NCBI GenBank assembly: GCA_963727625.1
Contig: CAVSHR010000007.1
Location: forward strand, 32,001-96,000
Reading direction: 5' to 3'
Length of the DNA: 64,000 nt
Source: an uncultured delta proteobacterium
GTDB lineage: Bacteria > Desulfobacterota > Binatia > UBA9968
Shown: positions 21,352-32,380 of the stretch, piece after piece
Numbering within the stretch: position 1 is the stretch's first letter
Layout of the letters: every line of letters starts with the position of its first letter
Notes under the pieces: generated by a model
What the model saw: only the letters and a program-made list of their open reading frames with translations
What the model was told of the DNA's origin: nothing
Database searches by the model: none
Program-made: the position numbers and the translations under genes

Positions 21352-22599
21352 CTAAGAAAACGCCTTCATAACCAAACAAGAGTTATTGCCGCCAAACCCG
21401 AAGGAATTGGACAGGGCGACCTTCACATCTCTCTGACGCGCTTGATTCGGAGTGTAGTCCAAATCACATTCCGGATCGGGTTCTTCATAATTGATGGTCG
21501 GATGAATGACATTGCGTCGAAGAGTCAGTGCGCAAACAATCCCCTCGATTGCCCCGGCGGCGCCGATGGTATGTCCTATCATCGATTTGGTCGAGTCCAA
21601 CGAAATCCGGTAGGCATGTTCACCAAATATCTTCTTTATCGCCCTGGTTTCAACCAGATCGTTCAGGATAGTAGAGGTCCCGTGGGTGTTGATATAATCA
21701 ACCTGGTCGGGGGATATCCCGGCATCCTGGAGAGCCAGCTCGATCACGCGAGCCGCCTCACTCCCCGTACCCTCAGGGTGGACAATATGAGTTGCTTCAG
21801 AGGTTGCCCCGTAACCTACGACTTCGGCATAGGGGGTGACCCCCCTCTCCTTCGCGCGTTCTAATGTTTCCAAGACGATGATCCCGGCTCCCTCTCCCAT
21901 AGCGAAGCCGTCCCGTTTTTTATCGAAAGGCCGACTCGCTCGATGCGGAGCTTCGTTCCGAATGGAAAGCGCCCGAAGGGAACAAAAAGCGGCAAGCACC
22001 CCGGGTAAGATACACGCCTCCGTTCCTCCTGCGATGAAAAAGTCGGCCCTCCCCATCCGAATAAGATCGAATCCATAGCCGATGGTATGGGACCCGGACG
22101 AACACGCGGTTGAAACAGTCATATTAGGACCTTTCAACCCAAATGCAATCGCAACCCCTGCTGCAGCGGCATTTGACATGATTAAGGGAACCGACCAAGG
22201 ATGAACTCGACGCGGGTTATTGGTTTCGAACAAAGTTCGTAACTGCGCTTCATAAATGTCCATCCCACCTAACCCGGTCCCTATAGCAACTCCGACTCGG
22301 CAGGTATTTTCCTTAGAGAAATCGAGGTGAGCATCGTCAATCGCCATTTTTGCCGCGGCTCTTGCGAACTGGGTGTTTCTTGACAGTTTAGGGACCTCCG
22401 AAGACGGGATGTAATCTTCCGGCCTAAAATCTGAGATCTCCCCAGCGAATTGACACGAATAAGAAGTAGCGTCAAAACTCTGGATACGCCGGATACCCGA
22501 TTTCCCCTCAAGCAGAGCCGACCAAAAGGTTTCTTTCCCTAACCCGATGGAAGAAACAACTCCTAGGCCGGTGATCACAACCCTACGACTTGTCATCAA
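21352..22599 (-). CDS. fabF: Beta-ketoacyl-ACP synthase II
   Basis: TACSS, HGTST and KSMIGH (C-H-H triad); SNSFGFGG. Confidence 0.95.
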   Translation of the reverse strand: MMTSRRVVITGLGVVSSIGLGKETFWSALLEGKSGIRRIQSFDATSYSCQFAGEISDFRPEDYIPSSEVPKLSRNTQFARAAAKMAIDDAHLDFSKENTCRVGVAIGTGLGGMDIYEAQLRTLFETNNPRRVHPWSVPLIMSNAAAAGVAIAFGLKGPNMTVSTACSSGSHTIGYGFDLIRMGRADFFIAGGTEACILPGVLAAFCSLRALSIRNEAPHRASRPFDKKRDGFAMGEGAGIIVLETLERAKERGVTPYAEVVGYGATSEATHIVHPEGTGSEAARVIELALQDAGISPDQVDYINTHGTSTILNDLVETRAIKKIFGEHAYRISLDSTKSMIGHTIGAAGAIEGIVCALTLRRNVIHPTINYEEPDPECDLDYTPNQARQRDVKVALSNSFGFGGNNSCLVMKAFS

Positions 22600-22836
22600 A
22601 GACCTTCCTCGGATCTCGATGCTGGCAATTTAAATTTTTCCCTTGGACTGAAATGGAATTGGACCAATTTGATTACTTCTCGCGCGGCCGCGTCCCTTTG
22701 TCGATGCACACGAATGACACGGTAGCAGTCCGCTGGCAGAATCGATTTCTTATCAGAAAACGTAATCCGAAACAAATGGCTGTTACCCTTTCGCTTCGCT
22801 TGTTTTTCTCATCCCCGCACAATAGCATCAACAATT

Positions 22837-23601
22837 ATGCGGTGGCAAAAAAGAGGTGTGGCACTATGCGTCGGGCTGGCACTGCTGAGCTTGGGTCAAA
22901 TGGCCCATGCGGCAGACGATCAACGAGCGCGAGAGATCGTGGACCGGGTCGCTGGGCTTTCCACCAGCAAATCCAGCATCGCTACGGTGGAAATGCAGGT
23001 CACCAACGAAAACTGGCAACGTGATATCACGGTTCAGATCTGGTCGCTCGGAGAGGATAAGATCCGCGTCCGCATTAGCAGCCCTCGGGAAGATGCGGGC
23101 ACGGGCGTCCTGAAAGTTGGCAGCGACATCTGGTACTATCTGCCGAAGGCGGATCGCACGGTTAAGATGCCGCCTGCGATGACGATGACCTCGTGGATGG
23201 GAAGTCACTTCACGCTCGACGATCTGGTGAAAGCGAGTCACCTCACTCGCGATTATTTTGCCGCCCTCTCTTTTGAGGGCGAGAGAAACGGAGTCGGGGT
23301 CTATGAAATCACCCTCACGCCCAAGCCGGACGCGGTGGTCGTGTGGGGGAAGATCTTGCTGGAGGTCCGACGGGCTGACTACATGCCTATCTGGCAGCGT
23401 TACTACGACGAGGACGGGAAGCTGGTCCGGGAGCTGACCTTTTCCGACTACAAAACTATGAACGGGAGGCTCATCCCTACGCGCCTGGTCATGCGACCCC
23501 TGGACAGGCCTGGTGAGCAGACCACGATCGTCTACAAAAATATCCTCTTCGACGTGCCGATCAGCGAGGAGATGTTTTCCCTGAAAAATCTGAAGCGATG
23601 A
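22837..23601 (+). CDS. Outer-membrane lipoprotein-sorting (LolA-like) periplasmic protein
   Basis: Signal peptide; SP.ED.GTG.LK, W.YLP and SWMGSHFTLDD motifs. Confidence 0.85.
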   Translation: MRWQKRGVALCVGLALLSLGQMAHAADDQRAREIVDRVAGLSTSKSSIATVEMQVTNENWQRDITVQIWSLGEDKIRVRISSPREDAGTGVLKVGSDIWYYLPKADRTVKMPPAMTMTSWMGSHFTLDDLVKASHLTRDYFAALSFEGERNGVGVYEITLTPKPDAVVVWGKILLEVRRADYMPIWQRYYDEDGKLVRELTFSDYKTMNGRLIPTRLVMRPLDRPGEQTTIVYKNILFDVPISEEMFSLKNLKR

Positions 23602-24854
23602 TTGGACGGATTCTCGGGCTCGCCTGGCGCAATCTGTGGCGCAATCCCCGGCGCACGTTAATCGCCATGGCTGCCATCGGCTTCGGCTATGCCATGCTGC
23701 TGTTCGTCGCGTGCCTCATGGCGGGATTGCGCCAGCAGATGATCGAGACCGGCACGTCCCTTGTTCTTTCTGATATCGAGGTGCACGCTCCGGGTTACTA
23801 CCCCAACCGTTCCATTTATCAGACCCTGGGAGGCCGACAAGGGACCGATGTCGGCGCGTTGCTTGCCGCCATCGCTGCCGACCCCCGGGTTGATGCTGCT
23901 TCTCCCCGGGTGTACGGCTACGGCTTGGTAAGCGCTACCCATCAATCTGCCGGGGCGGAGATTCTCGGTGTCGTTCCCGATCAGGAACAAAAGGTTACTG
24001 TACTGCAAACTCGAATAGTAAAAGGCACCTATCTCACCGAACGGATGCCAAAGGGTATCGTGATGGGAGATAAATTCGCCACCACGATCGGCGTCGGGGT
24101 AGGCTCGGAAATCATCCTGTTAACGCAGGCCGCCGATGGTTCGATGGGAAATGATCTGTACACGATTGTGGGGACCTTTCACACGGGTCTTGATGCCATA
24201 GACCGGGGTCTGGTGCTCATGTCGCTCTCTTCCCTACAGGAGCTTTTGCGATTGCCGCCTGCAAGGATCCATGAAGTTGGTATCAAGCTCCATGCCATAA
24301 CCGAGGCGACAACGGTGGCGGCGGCACTTGGCGCCCAACTGGGTAAAACCCTACCGGTTAGGGTGCGGGCCTGGCCTGAGCTGGTGCCGGAGCTAGCCGA
24401 TTACGTGCAGTTTAATCGCGGTGTCACTTTTATTCTGTTTTTCATTTTTTTCCTGCTAGCGGTCATTGGCATCGTGAACACGATGCTCATGGCAGTCATC
24501 GAGCGCACGCGCGAGCTGGGCATGTTGATGGCCGTGGGAATGCGCCCGGTTCAGGTGGTTGGTCTGATCGTGGCAGAGGCGGCGGGTCTGGCAGCGGCCA
24601 GTCTGGTTTTGGGGGGAGCGATCGGGGCTCCGCTCCTCTGGTATTTGCAGGTTTATGGTCTCGACTTAGGCGGCGCCGCAGGCGATGTCTCGGTGGCCGG
24701 AGTCGTGGTGGGCCACCACTGGTTCGGTCAGCAAGATTTTCCGGCATACAGTCAGGCCGCTCTCGGCCTGGCCGTCACCGCACTTTTGTCCGCCCTCTAC
24801 CCCGCGTTGCGGGCGGCTCGCTTTCGGCCGACGGAAGCGCTCCGAAAGGTCTAG
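23598..24854 (+). CDS. ABC transporter permease, MacB/FtsX/LolC-E type
   Basis: LAWRNLWRNPRRT, NTMLMAVIERTRELG, YPALRAAR. Confidence 0.9.
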   Translation: MIGRILGLAWRNLWRNPRRTLIAMAAIGFGYAMLLFVACLMAGLRQQMIETGTSLVLSDIEVHAPGYYPNRSIYQTLGGRQGTDVGALLAAIAADPRVDAASPRVYGYGLVSATHQSAGAEILGVVPDQEQKVTVLQTRIVKGTYLTERMPKGIVMGDKFATTIGVGVGSEIILLTQAADGSMGNDLYTIVGTFHTGLDAIDRGLVLMSLSSLQELLRLPPARIHEVGIKLHAITEATTVAAALGAQLGKTLPVRVRAWPELVPELADYVQFNRGVTFILFFIFFLLAVIGIVNTMLMAVIERTRELGMLMAVGMRPVQVVGLIVAEAAGLAAASLVLGGAIGAPLLWYLQVYGLDLGGAAGDVSVAGVVVGHHWFGQQDFPAYSQAALGLAVTALLSALYPALRAARFRPTEALRKV

Positions 24855-24856
24855 CG

Positions 24857-26146
24857 ATGACGGCTGTTCTCGTTCTGGTGAAAATCGGCTGGCGCAATCT
24901 CTGGCGCAATCCCCGAGGTACATTGCTGACCGCGCTGGCTTTGGGCTTGGGTCTTACCTTGCTGCTGATCTCCTTGGGCTTGCTCGACGGCAGCCATGAG
25001 CAAATGATTCGTGAGGGGGTGCGACTCGGCACCGGGCATGTCGTCATCCAGGCGCAGGGGTATCAAGACACCGGCTCCCAGGAGCTGTTGCTACCGGCCC
25101 CGGTTGTATCCATGACTGAGGAGTTTTTGCATACCGAGGCCATGAAGCCTGTTCTGCGCGGCGTGAGTCCCCGGCTTCTGGCCTCCGGCTTGCTCAGTTC
25201 CGCAGCCAACGCTGATGGCGTGAGCATGATGGGAGTCATCCCCAAAGAGGAGCGGGCCGTATCTCTGATTCCCGAGCGCATGGTCGAGGGGACCTATCTC
25301 AACGACGACAAACATTCTGACGTTGTCATTGGCACCGAGTTGGCCCGCAAGCTCGAGGTAAAGATCGGCGCCAAACTAGTGCTCATGACTCAGGCTGTGC
25401 AACAGCCCGGCGTCGACGCTGCGGACGCGGTTGGAGAAGGAATGCAGAGCACTCTTCTGCGGGTGAGCGGGATCTTTCGTACCGGAATACAGGCGGTCGA
25501 TAGCCACGTCATCCAGTTGCCGTTGCCTGTGGCGCAAACACTGCTCGGGGTGCCAGGCCGGGTGACTCAGGTAGCTGTGCTTCTCGAACGGGAGGGTGAC
25601 TCGCCGATGGTGGCAACAGGTTTGCGAAAGCAGTTGGCGGGAGTTCCGGTTGAAGTCCTTCCCTGGCGGGAAGCCATGCCGACACTGGTTCAGATCTTTC
25701 GGCTGAATTCGGTGTTTAATTATGTCATGAACGGTGTGGTGCTCGCGATGGTGGGGTTGGGGATACTCAATACGATTCTCATGCGAGTACTCGAGCGCCG
25801 CTACGAATTTGGTCTTTGTACGGCTCTTGGCCTTCGTCCTCTGCAGCTTGGAGTAATGATCATTGGCGAATCTCTGGCTCTCACGGCGATCAGCCTCGCC
25901 CTGGGTTTGGTGCTGGGTTTGAGTGTCCATTATTTTTTTGCGACCCATGGGTTGGATATGCGCTGGGTCTTTAAAAGCGACCTTCCCGCGGCTCTCGTTT
26001 TTGACCCTATCATCTACTCGCGCTTGAGCCCGTGGCGAATCACTTCATCCGTCGGCATCGTATTTCTGACCGCGACAGTCATATCGTTTTATCCGGCGCT
26101 CAAGGCAGCGCGAACCGAGCTGCCCGGTGCATTGAAAGTGTTTTAG
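24857..26146 (+). CDS. ABC transporter permease, MacB/FtsX/LolC-E type
   Basis: WRNLWRNPR, NTILMRVLERRYEFG, YPALKAAR. Confidence 0.9.
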   Translation: MTAVLVLVKIGWRNLWRNPRGTLLTALALGLGLTLLLISLGLLDGSHEQMIREGVRLGTGHVVIQAQGYQDTGSQELLLPAPVVSMTEEFLHTEAMKPVLRGVSPRLLASGLLSSAANADGVSMMGVIPKEERAVSLIPERMVEGTYLNDDKHSDVVIGTELARKLEVKIGAKLVLMTQAVQQPGVDAADAVGEGMQSTLLRVSGIFRTGIQAVDSHVIQLPLPVAQTLLGVPGRVTQVAVLLEREGDSPMVATGLRKQLAGVPVEVLPWREAMPTLVQIFRLNSVFNYVMNGVVLAMVGLGILNTILMRVLERRYEFGLCTALGLRPLQLGVMIIGESLALTAISLALGLVLGLSVHYFFATHGLDMRWVFKSDLPAALVFDPIIYSRLSPWRITSSVGIVFLTATVISFYPALKAARTELPGALKVF

Positions 26147-26227
26147 AAAAGCTAGCTATTAGCTTTGGGCTTGGAGAAAATCAAAAAACTTCTTGAGGCT
26201 TAGTGCGACAGAGCAGATTTAACCAGG

Positions 26228-27007
26228 GTGCAGAGCATGGAAGAAAAAGCTGCGGTTGAAAGTCATGCGGCCGAGCATGGAGCGGCGAGCGCTGTGGGTA
26301 AGTGTGCGGTGGAACTGAAGAACGTGAAAAAGACCTACCGCACGGGGCCCATCGAGGTCCCGGCGCTGCGCGGGGTAAGTCTACAGATTGCTCCCGGGGA
26401 ATTTCTCGCGATTGCGGGTCCTTCCGGTTCAGGGAAAACCACGTTGCTCAATATCATTGGCGGACTCGACCGAGCGGACAGTGGAGAAGTGTGGGTGGAA
26501 GGAAACAACCTGCAGCTCTTATCTTCAGGGGAGCTCGCTCGTATGCGGCTCGAGCGCCTGGGTTTCGTTTTCCAAGCTTACAACCTGCTGCCGGTGCTGA
26601 CGGCCATCGAGAACGCCGAGTTCACCCTGCTCCTGCAAGGGATCCCGGTGGAGAAGCGTCGAGAAACGGTGCAAAAACTATTTTTGGAAATCGGTCTCGC
26701 CGGTCTTGAAAATCGTCGTCCCGCGGAGTTATCCGGCGGGCAACAGCAGCGGGTTGCCGTGGCTCGGGCTATGGTCACCGAACCTGTGCTGATCCTGGCC
26801 GACGAGCCGACGGCGAATCTTGACTCTGCCACCGCTTTGTCTCTCCTCGATGTGATGGAAAAGCTCAATCGTGATCACGGTACGACATTCGTCTTTTCCA
26901 CCCATGATCCTCAAGTCATGGAGCGGTCTCGCCGGTGGATTCGCTTGCACGACGGTCAGATCGCCAGTGATGCGGCGCATGCAAGCAACATTCTACTACC
27001 GCCCTAA
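26228..27007 (+). CDS. ABC ATP-binding protein, LolD-like
   Basis: [24 protein letters not shown] and TH motifs; the start may be ATG 26237. Confidence 0.92.
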   Translation: MQSMEEKAAVESHAAEHGAASAVGKCAVELKNVKKTYRTGPIEVPALRGVSLQIAPGEFLAIAGPSGSGKTTLLNIIGGLDRADSGEVWVEGNNLQLLSSGELARMRLERLGFVFQAYNLLPVLTAIENAEFTLLLQGIPVEKRRETVQKLFLEIGLAGLENRRPAELSGGQQQRVAVARAMVTEPVLILADEPTANLDSATALSLLDVMEKLNRDHGTTFVFSTHDPQVMERSRRWIRLHDGQIASDAAHASNILLPP

Positions 27008-27084
27008 AGGGGAATTCACTGATGATGCGACTTGATGCAGGCAATGGCGATAAGGAGCGGTTTGTCGAATGCCGATCCTGAGCT

Positions 27085-27540
27085 ATGGCAAGACTCGCCC
27101 TGAAACAACGAGCCCGACAGATTTGGCAAAAGCTGTCGCACCTCGATGCCACACCGGACCAAATCGCTGCGGGCTTCTCGATCGGCATCTTCGCCAGTTT
27201 CCTGCCGCTTAATCCATCGCCAACAATCACGGCGATCGTTGCGGCGTGGCTGCTGAAGCGGAACGTGATCGCCGCTGTCGCCGGGGCGGCGGCTTCGATT
27301 CTCTATCTGCCGCTTTTGCCGTTGATATGGCTGGCTGAATATCGATTGGGGGAGTGGATTCTCCCGCTGCAGCATCCACCAGTGACGTTTGATCAGCCGC
27401 GACTGTGGGAGGTTTTGCAAAAGGGGTGGGATGTCTATGCAGCAATGCTTGTTGGATCGCTCATCATCGCGACCCCTATCACATTACTAACCTATTTCAT
27501 CATCAAGCGGCTTGCCACGAAATGGGCGCGGCAACGGTGA
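27085..27540 (+). CDS. DUF2062-family membrane protein
   Basis: ATPDQIAAGFSIGIFASFLP and EYRLG motifs. Confidence 0.8.
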   Translation: MARLALKQRARQIWQKLSHLDATPDQIAAGFSIGIFASFLPLNPSPTITAIVAAWLLKRNVIAAVAGAAASILYLPLLPLIWLAEYRLGEWILPLQHPPVTFDQPRLWEVLQKGWDVYAAMLVGSLIIATPITLLTYFIIKRLATKWARQR

Positions 27541-27602
27541 GGCGTCAAACGGGCGAAAAACAGAGGATTCGGTCAACGAGACCTTAGGTACTAAACGCTC
27601 GT

Positions 27603-28235
27603 TCAATTACTGTGGCGAGGCGCGTTGGCTTTGATCCACTCGGCGATTTCGCCAATCAGCCGATTGACCGCATGATTGCTGGCGATGACGGCGCCGTAGG
27701 CGTCGCCGCTGGGTGCTTCTTCGATTATCTCGAATCGACGAGCGGCGATCACTTCCCGTTTCTGGCTCTCAACCAGCTGCGCGCGAAAGGACAGTCGCAC
27801 CCGGCTGGGATTGGAAAAAAACTCCTGTTGCCACTGTAGAATTTCACTGTCCAAGCGAAAATCATCGCGCACGGCGGCAGTGGTGTGCGTCACGGTACTC
27901 CAGCAATTGGTCTTTTCCACGGCTTGAACCATCAGCGGCAGTAACAGCCGAGCCGGAGTCTCGGCCCACTGGTTGTACGCGTAGTATCGGATCTCATGCG
28001 GCCGCAGCAGATAGGCGATACCGCTGGTGTTAGTGCCGCCCTGCTCTTGGGGCAGACTGACCACGAGCACGCCGAGAGGCGATGCGCATGACGGCCATTT
28101 GCCTGCGGAGAAGTCGGGTGTGAAAAGGTAACTATGCACCGGCTGGTTCGGTGCCTCCGGAAAAATCGTGCACCCGGCCATAAGGTGAAACAACACGGCT
28201 AGAAAAACGCCGTTGTTTGTTCGCTTACGTTGCAT
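27603..28235 (-). CDS. ABC transport auxiliary lipoprotein (PqiC-like)
   Basis: Lipobox MAGC; YYAYNQWAETPARLL; follows mlaD. Start uncertain (28235 or 28247). Confidence 0.8.
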   Translation of the reverse strand: MQRKRTNNGVFLAVLFHLMAGCTIFPEAPNQPVHSYLFTPDFSAGKWPSCASPLGVLVVSLPQEQGGTNTSGIAYLLRPHEIRYYAYNQWAETPARLLLPLMVQAVEKTNCWSTVTHTTAAVRDDFRLDSEILQWQQEFFSNPSRVRLSFRAQLVESQKREVIAARRFEIIEEAPSGDAYGAVIASNHAVNRLIGEIAEWIKANAPRHSN

Positions 28236-28239
28236 GCGT

Positions 28240-29142
28240 TCACTCACCCGGTCCCGGCTCCCGGCGGCGTCCGAACAACAGCGACCTGGGATTCTGTTCA
28301 ACCTGTTGGGACAGACCCTGCAGACTCTCGGTCAGCCGCCGGAGTTCCGCGATCAATAAACCGGCTTCGGAAAGAGTTTGGTGGACGTCCTGTTGACTCC
28401 CGGCGACCAACGAATCGACGCTTTTGCCGGTAAGGGCAATTTGCTGCGCCATATTTTCCAAAGCGGCGGCGGTTTCCGTGGCGCGGAAAAACAACGCAGG
28501 CAGTTTTGCAGTCGCTTCTCGGGTATTCGCCAGTGTACTGTCTGCGTTCGAAAAGAGTTTGTCCAGCTCCTTCTCGCGTTGTTTCAGAGCCCCCGTCAGC
28601 TCCGCCAAATTGACCATGGTTTTCCTGATCGATGCGCGGCTCTCTTTATCGGTAAGGTCCTTGAGGGACGAGGCGATCTCATTCAGGCTGGTCATTAGCG
28701 TGGAGGCGGCCTGATCCAGAGGCAATGAGGGTTTAATCTTGATCACCGGATAGCGCTGTCCGGGGGCAGGGGTGAGCGGCGGCGACTCAAGGCCTCCACC
28801 GGCCAGCTCGATAAAAGCGAGTCCCGTAAGCGCCTGAGGCGCCACGCTGGCGACGGTGTCTTCCTTGATCGGCGTGCCCTCGGCGATGTCGAGGATCAGG
28901 CGAACTCTTTCGGGGTTCCCGGGATCGAGGCGCATGTTTCTAACCCTGCCGACGTTGATCCCCTTATACCTCACTGCCGAGTCTTCGGTGACACCCGCCA
29001 CCGATTCGCCGGAATAGGCGTAATAGCTCCGATAGTTTCTTTGCGGCCCGCCGCGCACCAACCACAGGACGATGACGATGAGACCGGCGGTGAATAGGGC
29101 GACGCAGGCGCCGACCAACACATAACTTACTTTCGGTTCCAT
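28240..29142 (-). CDS. mlaD: MCE/MlaD family protein with long helical extension
   Basis: TM anchor; SVAGV..DSAVRYKGINVGRV MCE motif; C-terminal NPRSLLFG. Confidence 0.88.
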   Translation of the reverse strand: MEPKVSYVLVGACVALFTAGLIVIVLWLVRGGPQRNYRSYYAYSGESVAGVTEDSAVRYKGINVGRVRNMRLDPGNPERVRLILDIAEGTPIKEDTVASVAPQALTGLAFIELAGGGLESPPLTPAPGQRYPVIKIKPSLPLDQAASTLMTSLNEIASSLKDLTDKESRASIRKTMVNLAELTGALKQREKELDKLFSNADSTLANTREATAKLPALFFRATETAAALENMAQQIALTGKSVDSLVAGSQQDVHQTLSEAGLLIAELRRLTESLQGLSQQVEQNPRSLLFGRRREPGPGE

Positions 29143-29921
29143 GCTTGCTCCCTAGCGGCCCGTCCGCGTGAGCCCTGAAAATATTCCGCGACCAGGGGGT
29201 GGTCAGAGTGCGACAGCTCGTCCATGGTGCCGACCTGCAAAAGTTTGCCGTCACCCAATACCCCGACGCGGCCGGCGACGTTCCAAAGTGAATCCAGATC
29301 ATGGGTCACCATGACGATCGTCAGTCCGAGAATGGATTTCAGCTGGCGAATCAAGTCGTCCAACGCGGCGGTGCTTGCCGGGTCCAAGCCGGCGGTCGGC
29401 TCATCGAGGAACACCAACTCGGGGTCCAGCGCGATGGCCCGCGCCAGGGCAGCGCGCTTGAGCATCCCGCCGCTCAGCTGGTTCGGATATTTTCCCGCGC
29501 TATTGGCCGGCAACCTCACCCAGTGAAGCTTAATCCCGACGATCTCCCGGGTGAATTCGGCGCTCAGCTTCGTATGCTCGTGAAGCGGTACCGCGATGTT
29601 TTCCGCCACCGTGAGCGCGCTGAACAAAGCCCCATGCTGAAACAATACGCCGAGGCGGCAGCGCAGCTCTATCGATTCGCGCTCGCCGATGGCCGAAAGG
29701 TCTTTTCCCAACACGTGAATCGATCCCGCCTCCGGCCGGTGCAGCATTATCATCTCCTGGAGCAGGGTCGATTTGCCGCCGCCGCTGGCGCCGACGATCG
29801 CGAAGATTTCCCCGCGCCGCACCGTGAAGCTGATGTCGTCATGGATCACCGCACTGCCAAACCTTGTGGTCAAGTGGCGAACCTCGATGACCGGCTCCGG
29901 AATCTTGTCTTCGAGACTCAT
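29127..29921 (-). CDS. mlaF: MlaF/Mkl-like ABC ATPase
   Basis: GASGGGKST, LSGGM, DEPTAGLDP; ATGA overlap with the mlaE stop. Confidence 0.9.
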   Translation of the reverse strand: MSLEDKIPEPVIEVRHLTTRFGSAVIHDDISFTVRRGEIFAIVGASGGGKSTLLQEMIMLHRPEAGSIHVLGKDLSAIGERESIELRCRLGVLFQHGALFSALTVAENIAVPLHEHTKLSAEFTREIVGIKLHWVRLPANSAGKYPNQLSGGMLKRAALARAIALDPELVFLDEPTAGLDPASTAALDDLIRQLKSILGLTIVMVTHDLDSLWNVAGRVGVLGDGKLLQVGTMDELSHSDHPLVAEYFQGSRGRAAREQAWNRK

Positions 29922-31087
29922 CGCACGAACAAGCCGATGCCCATCCATTCGAGCAGTATGGAAAAAAGCGCGTCGAAGACGATCACGACAAAAATGCTCT
30001 GCACGACACTGACCGTCGTGTGGCGGCCGACGCTTTCGGCGCTGCCGCTGACGCAAAGTCCCTGATAGCAGCCGATCATCGCAATAATAACCGCGAACAC
30101 CGGGGCTTTTCCCACGCCGATCAAAAAATTGGTTGGGGAGATCACGGTCTTAAAACGATCGAGAAAAGCGTTGAAGCTGACATCCAGCTGGGTTGACGCT
30201 ACCACCATGCCGCCGAATACTCCGGTCACGTCGGCAAACGCGGTCAAAAGGGGCAGGGCAACGATCAGTGCGAAGACCTTCGGTGCAATGAGCAACGCTA
30301 GAGGACTGATCCCCATCGTGCGCAGCGCGTTCACCTCCTCCGTTACCTTCATCGTGCCGATTTGAGCCGTGTAGGCCGATCCGGAGCGTCCGGCGACGAT
30401 AATGGCGGTGATGATTGGAGCGATTTCGCGCAACATGGTGATGCCGACGAACTCGACGATGAAAATTGACACGCCAAACCGTCGCAACTGCACCGCCGCC
30501 TGGTACGCGATCACAACGCCCATCAGAAACGAGAGCAGTCCAACGATCGGGATGGCTTTGAGTCCGCCCGCTTTTAGGTTGTAGAAAAAGGGTTGCCAGC
30601 GGATTCGACGAGGGTTCAAGAGGAGGCGGAGCAGAACTAATGTGCTTTCGCCGACAAACGAGAGAAATCCGAGTCCCTGCAGCGAGGCGTCAAACGTTGC
30701 GTGACCCAATTGCTCGATTATGCCGGGGGTCTCGGGTTGGCCCGCAGCCGATTCTCCTTGATCCGCCGAGATCCAACGGATTAATTGCTCGAATTCTGAG
30801 CGCAAGCCGCGCAATTCGACGCGGTGCCCTGTCTGTTCCAGGCGGCTCAGAGAACGTCGCACGAGCCAAGCGCCGGCCGTATCCATCGAGGTAATGCCGC
30901 TCATCTCCCAAATCTGCTGGCCGGACTCTGTCCCCAAAACTTCAGCGACCTGTCGCTCCAAAAAGGGAACCTCGGCCATTTTCCAAGCGCCGGCGCAGCG
31001 CAACGTGCCGTCAGAATCTAGCGATGCGCTGGCGGTTGGACGCCGAGCCGTGGTTTTTGCCGTTTGCATGAAGCTCGTTGACCGCAT
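29918..31087 (-). CDS. mlaE: MlaE permease with N-terminal STAS domain
   Basis: MDTAGAWL (STAS); LREIAP, GRSGSAYTAQIGTMKVTEE and VGRHTTVSVV. Confidence 0.92.
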   Translation of the reverse strand: MRSTSFMQTAKTTARRPTASASLDSDGTLRCAGAWKMAEVPFLERQVAEVLGTESGQQIWEMSGITSMDTAGAWLVRRSLSRLEQTGHRVELRGLRSEFEQLIRWISADQGESAAGQPETPGIIEQLGHATFDASLQGLGFLSFVGESTLVLLRLLLNPRRIRWQPFFYNLKAGGLKAIPIVGLLSFLMGVVIAYQAAVQLRRFGVSIFIVEFVGITMLREIAPIITAIIVAGRSGSAYTAQIGTMKVTEEVNALRTMGISPLALLIAPKVFALIVALPLLTAFADVTGVFGGMVVASTQLDVSFNAFLDRFKTVISPTNFLIGVGKAPVFAVIIAMIGCYQGLCVSGSAESVGRHTTVSVVQSIFVVIVFDALFSILLEWMGIGLFVR

Positions 31088-31403
31088 GGAGAGGATATAT
31101 TCGAGGTCGTTGCCGACCCTGCGATCATGAGTGGCTCAATTGACTAAACCACGCTTGTTTGCGCAATTGCAAGTAACCTCGCGAAGCAGTCCCGATCTGC
31201 TTAATTATTTTTCCGCGGCTCGAAAAAGATTGCAGTCTCCTATCGGCCAATATTGGAAAATATCTCCGCCTGCTCACTGAGCTCACAAGGGCTTTAGACG
31301 AGCTAAGCGAGAGCAGTCATGCTGACGGTCCGCGGGGTCGTTGGCGCAGGCGATAAAAGCGGGCCACGCAGCGAGTCTGGCTGAAACCCTCATATGGCGG
31401 ATC

Positions 31404-32162
31404 TCAGGCGTCGTCGCGCAGTTCTTGGGCGAGCGCCTGGAGAAGGGCAGGCTGAGTTGTGTTCAGGAAGAAGTGATCGCCGGGAAACATCCGCAGCGAG
31501 AAGGAGGCACATGTTTGATCACGCCAGGCTTCGAGATCGCCGCGAATTATCCTTTCATCCTGCAAACCGCCGAAGGCGGAAATGGGACAGTTGAGAGGAG
31601 GTTCGGTTAAGTACCTATAAGTTTCGTAGACAGCGAAATCCGCTCGCAAGAGGGGAAGCATGATCTGTCTGAGTTCTTCATCTTCTAACACTTCTCTGGG
31701 AGTGCCCTTCAGTCGATTCAGTTCCAGTAAAAATTCTCCCTCAGGCAGGCTATGGACAGGCGGATCTCGATTAGGGATCTGAGGCGCGCGATCGGCAGAG
31801 ACAAAAAGGCGAACTGGCTGCAGGGCATAGTGTCTGCGCAGTTGGCGGGCGAGTTCAAAACTAACCAATGCTCCCAGACTGTGGCCAAAGCATGCGAAAG
31901 GCTTGTCCAGAAGCGGAAAAAGGGCTTGAGCAAGGGCGTGGATGAGGGGCGAGAGTCGAGTGAACGGCGGCTCCATCAGCCGAGTTCCTCGTCCGGGAAG
32001 TTGCACCGGACAGACCTCAACATCCGCTGGCAAGCCGTCCGGCCATGCGCGAAAAATCGCGATACCGGCCCCCGCGTACGGGAAGCAGAATAGACGGATA
32101 CGGGCCTGTGGGTTCGGCTTGCGGCGCGTAATCCAGGAGTCCAAGACGGACGCTACGGTCAT
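31404..32162 (-). CDS. Type II thioesterase
   Basis: [25 protein letters not shown]. Confidence 0.93.
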   Translation of the reverse strand: MTVASVLDSWITRRKPNPQARIRLFCFPYAGAGIAIFRAWPDGLPADVEVCPVQLPGRGTRLMEPPFTRLSPLIHALAQALFPLLDKPFACFGHSLGALVSFELARQLRRHYALQPVRLFVSADRAPQIPNRDPPVHSLPEGEFLLELNRLKGTPREVLEDEELRQIMLPLLRADFAVYETYRYLTEPPLNCPISAFGGLQDERIIRGDLEAWRDQTCASFSLRMFPGDHFFLNTTQPALLQALAQELRDDA

Positions 32163-32380
32163 TTGTCTTCCTGCTTTTCCATTTTCTTCCTCAGGCTAAG
32201 CGGCCTCATGTCGGTCCACACTTCTTTGATGTAGGCCAAGCATTCCGTCTCAGAGCCGCGCTTGCCTGTATCCTTCCAGCCAAGAGGATTCTCGCGGTCG
32301 ACACGCCAGATCGAGTACTGCTCTTCGTGGTTCACGACGACATTGAAGATTGTCCGGTCTTCCTTATCGTCCGTATTCAT
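32159..32380 (-). CDS. MbtH-like protein
   Basis: [12 protein letters not shown]...PLGW...[17 protein letters not shown]; ATGA overlaps on both sides. Confidence 0.95.
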   Translation of the reverse strand: MNTDDKEDRTIFNVVVNHEEQYSIWRVDRENPLGWKDTGKRGSETECLAYIKEVWTDMRPLSLRKKMEKQEDK

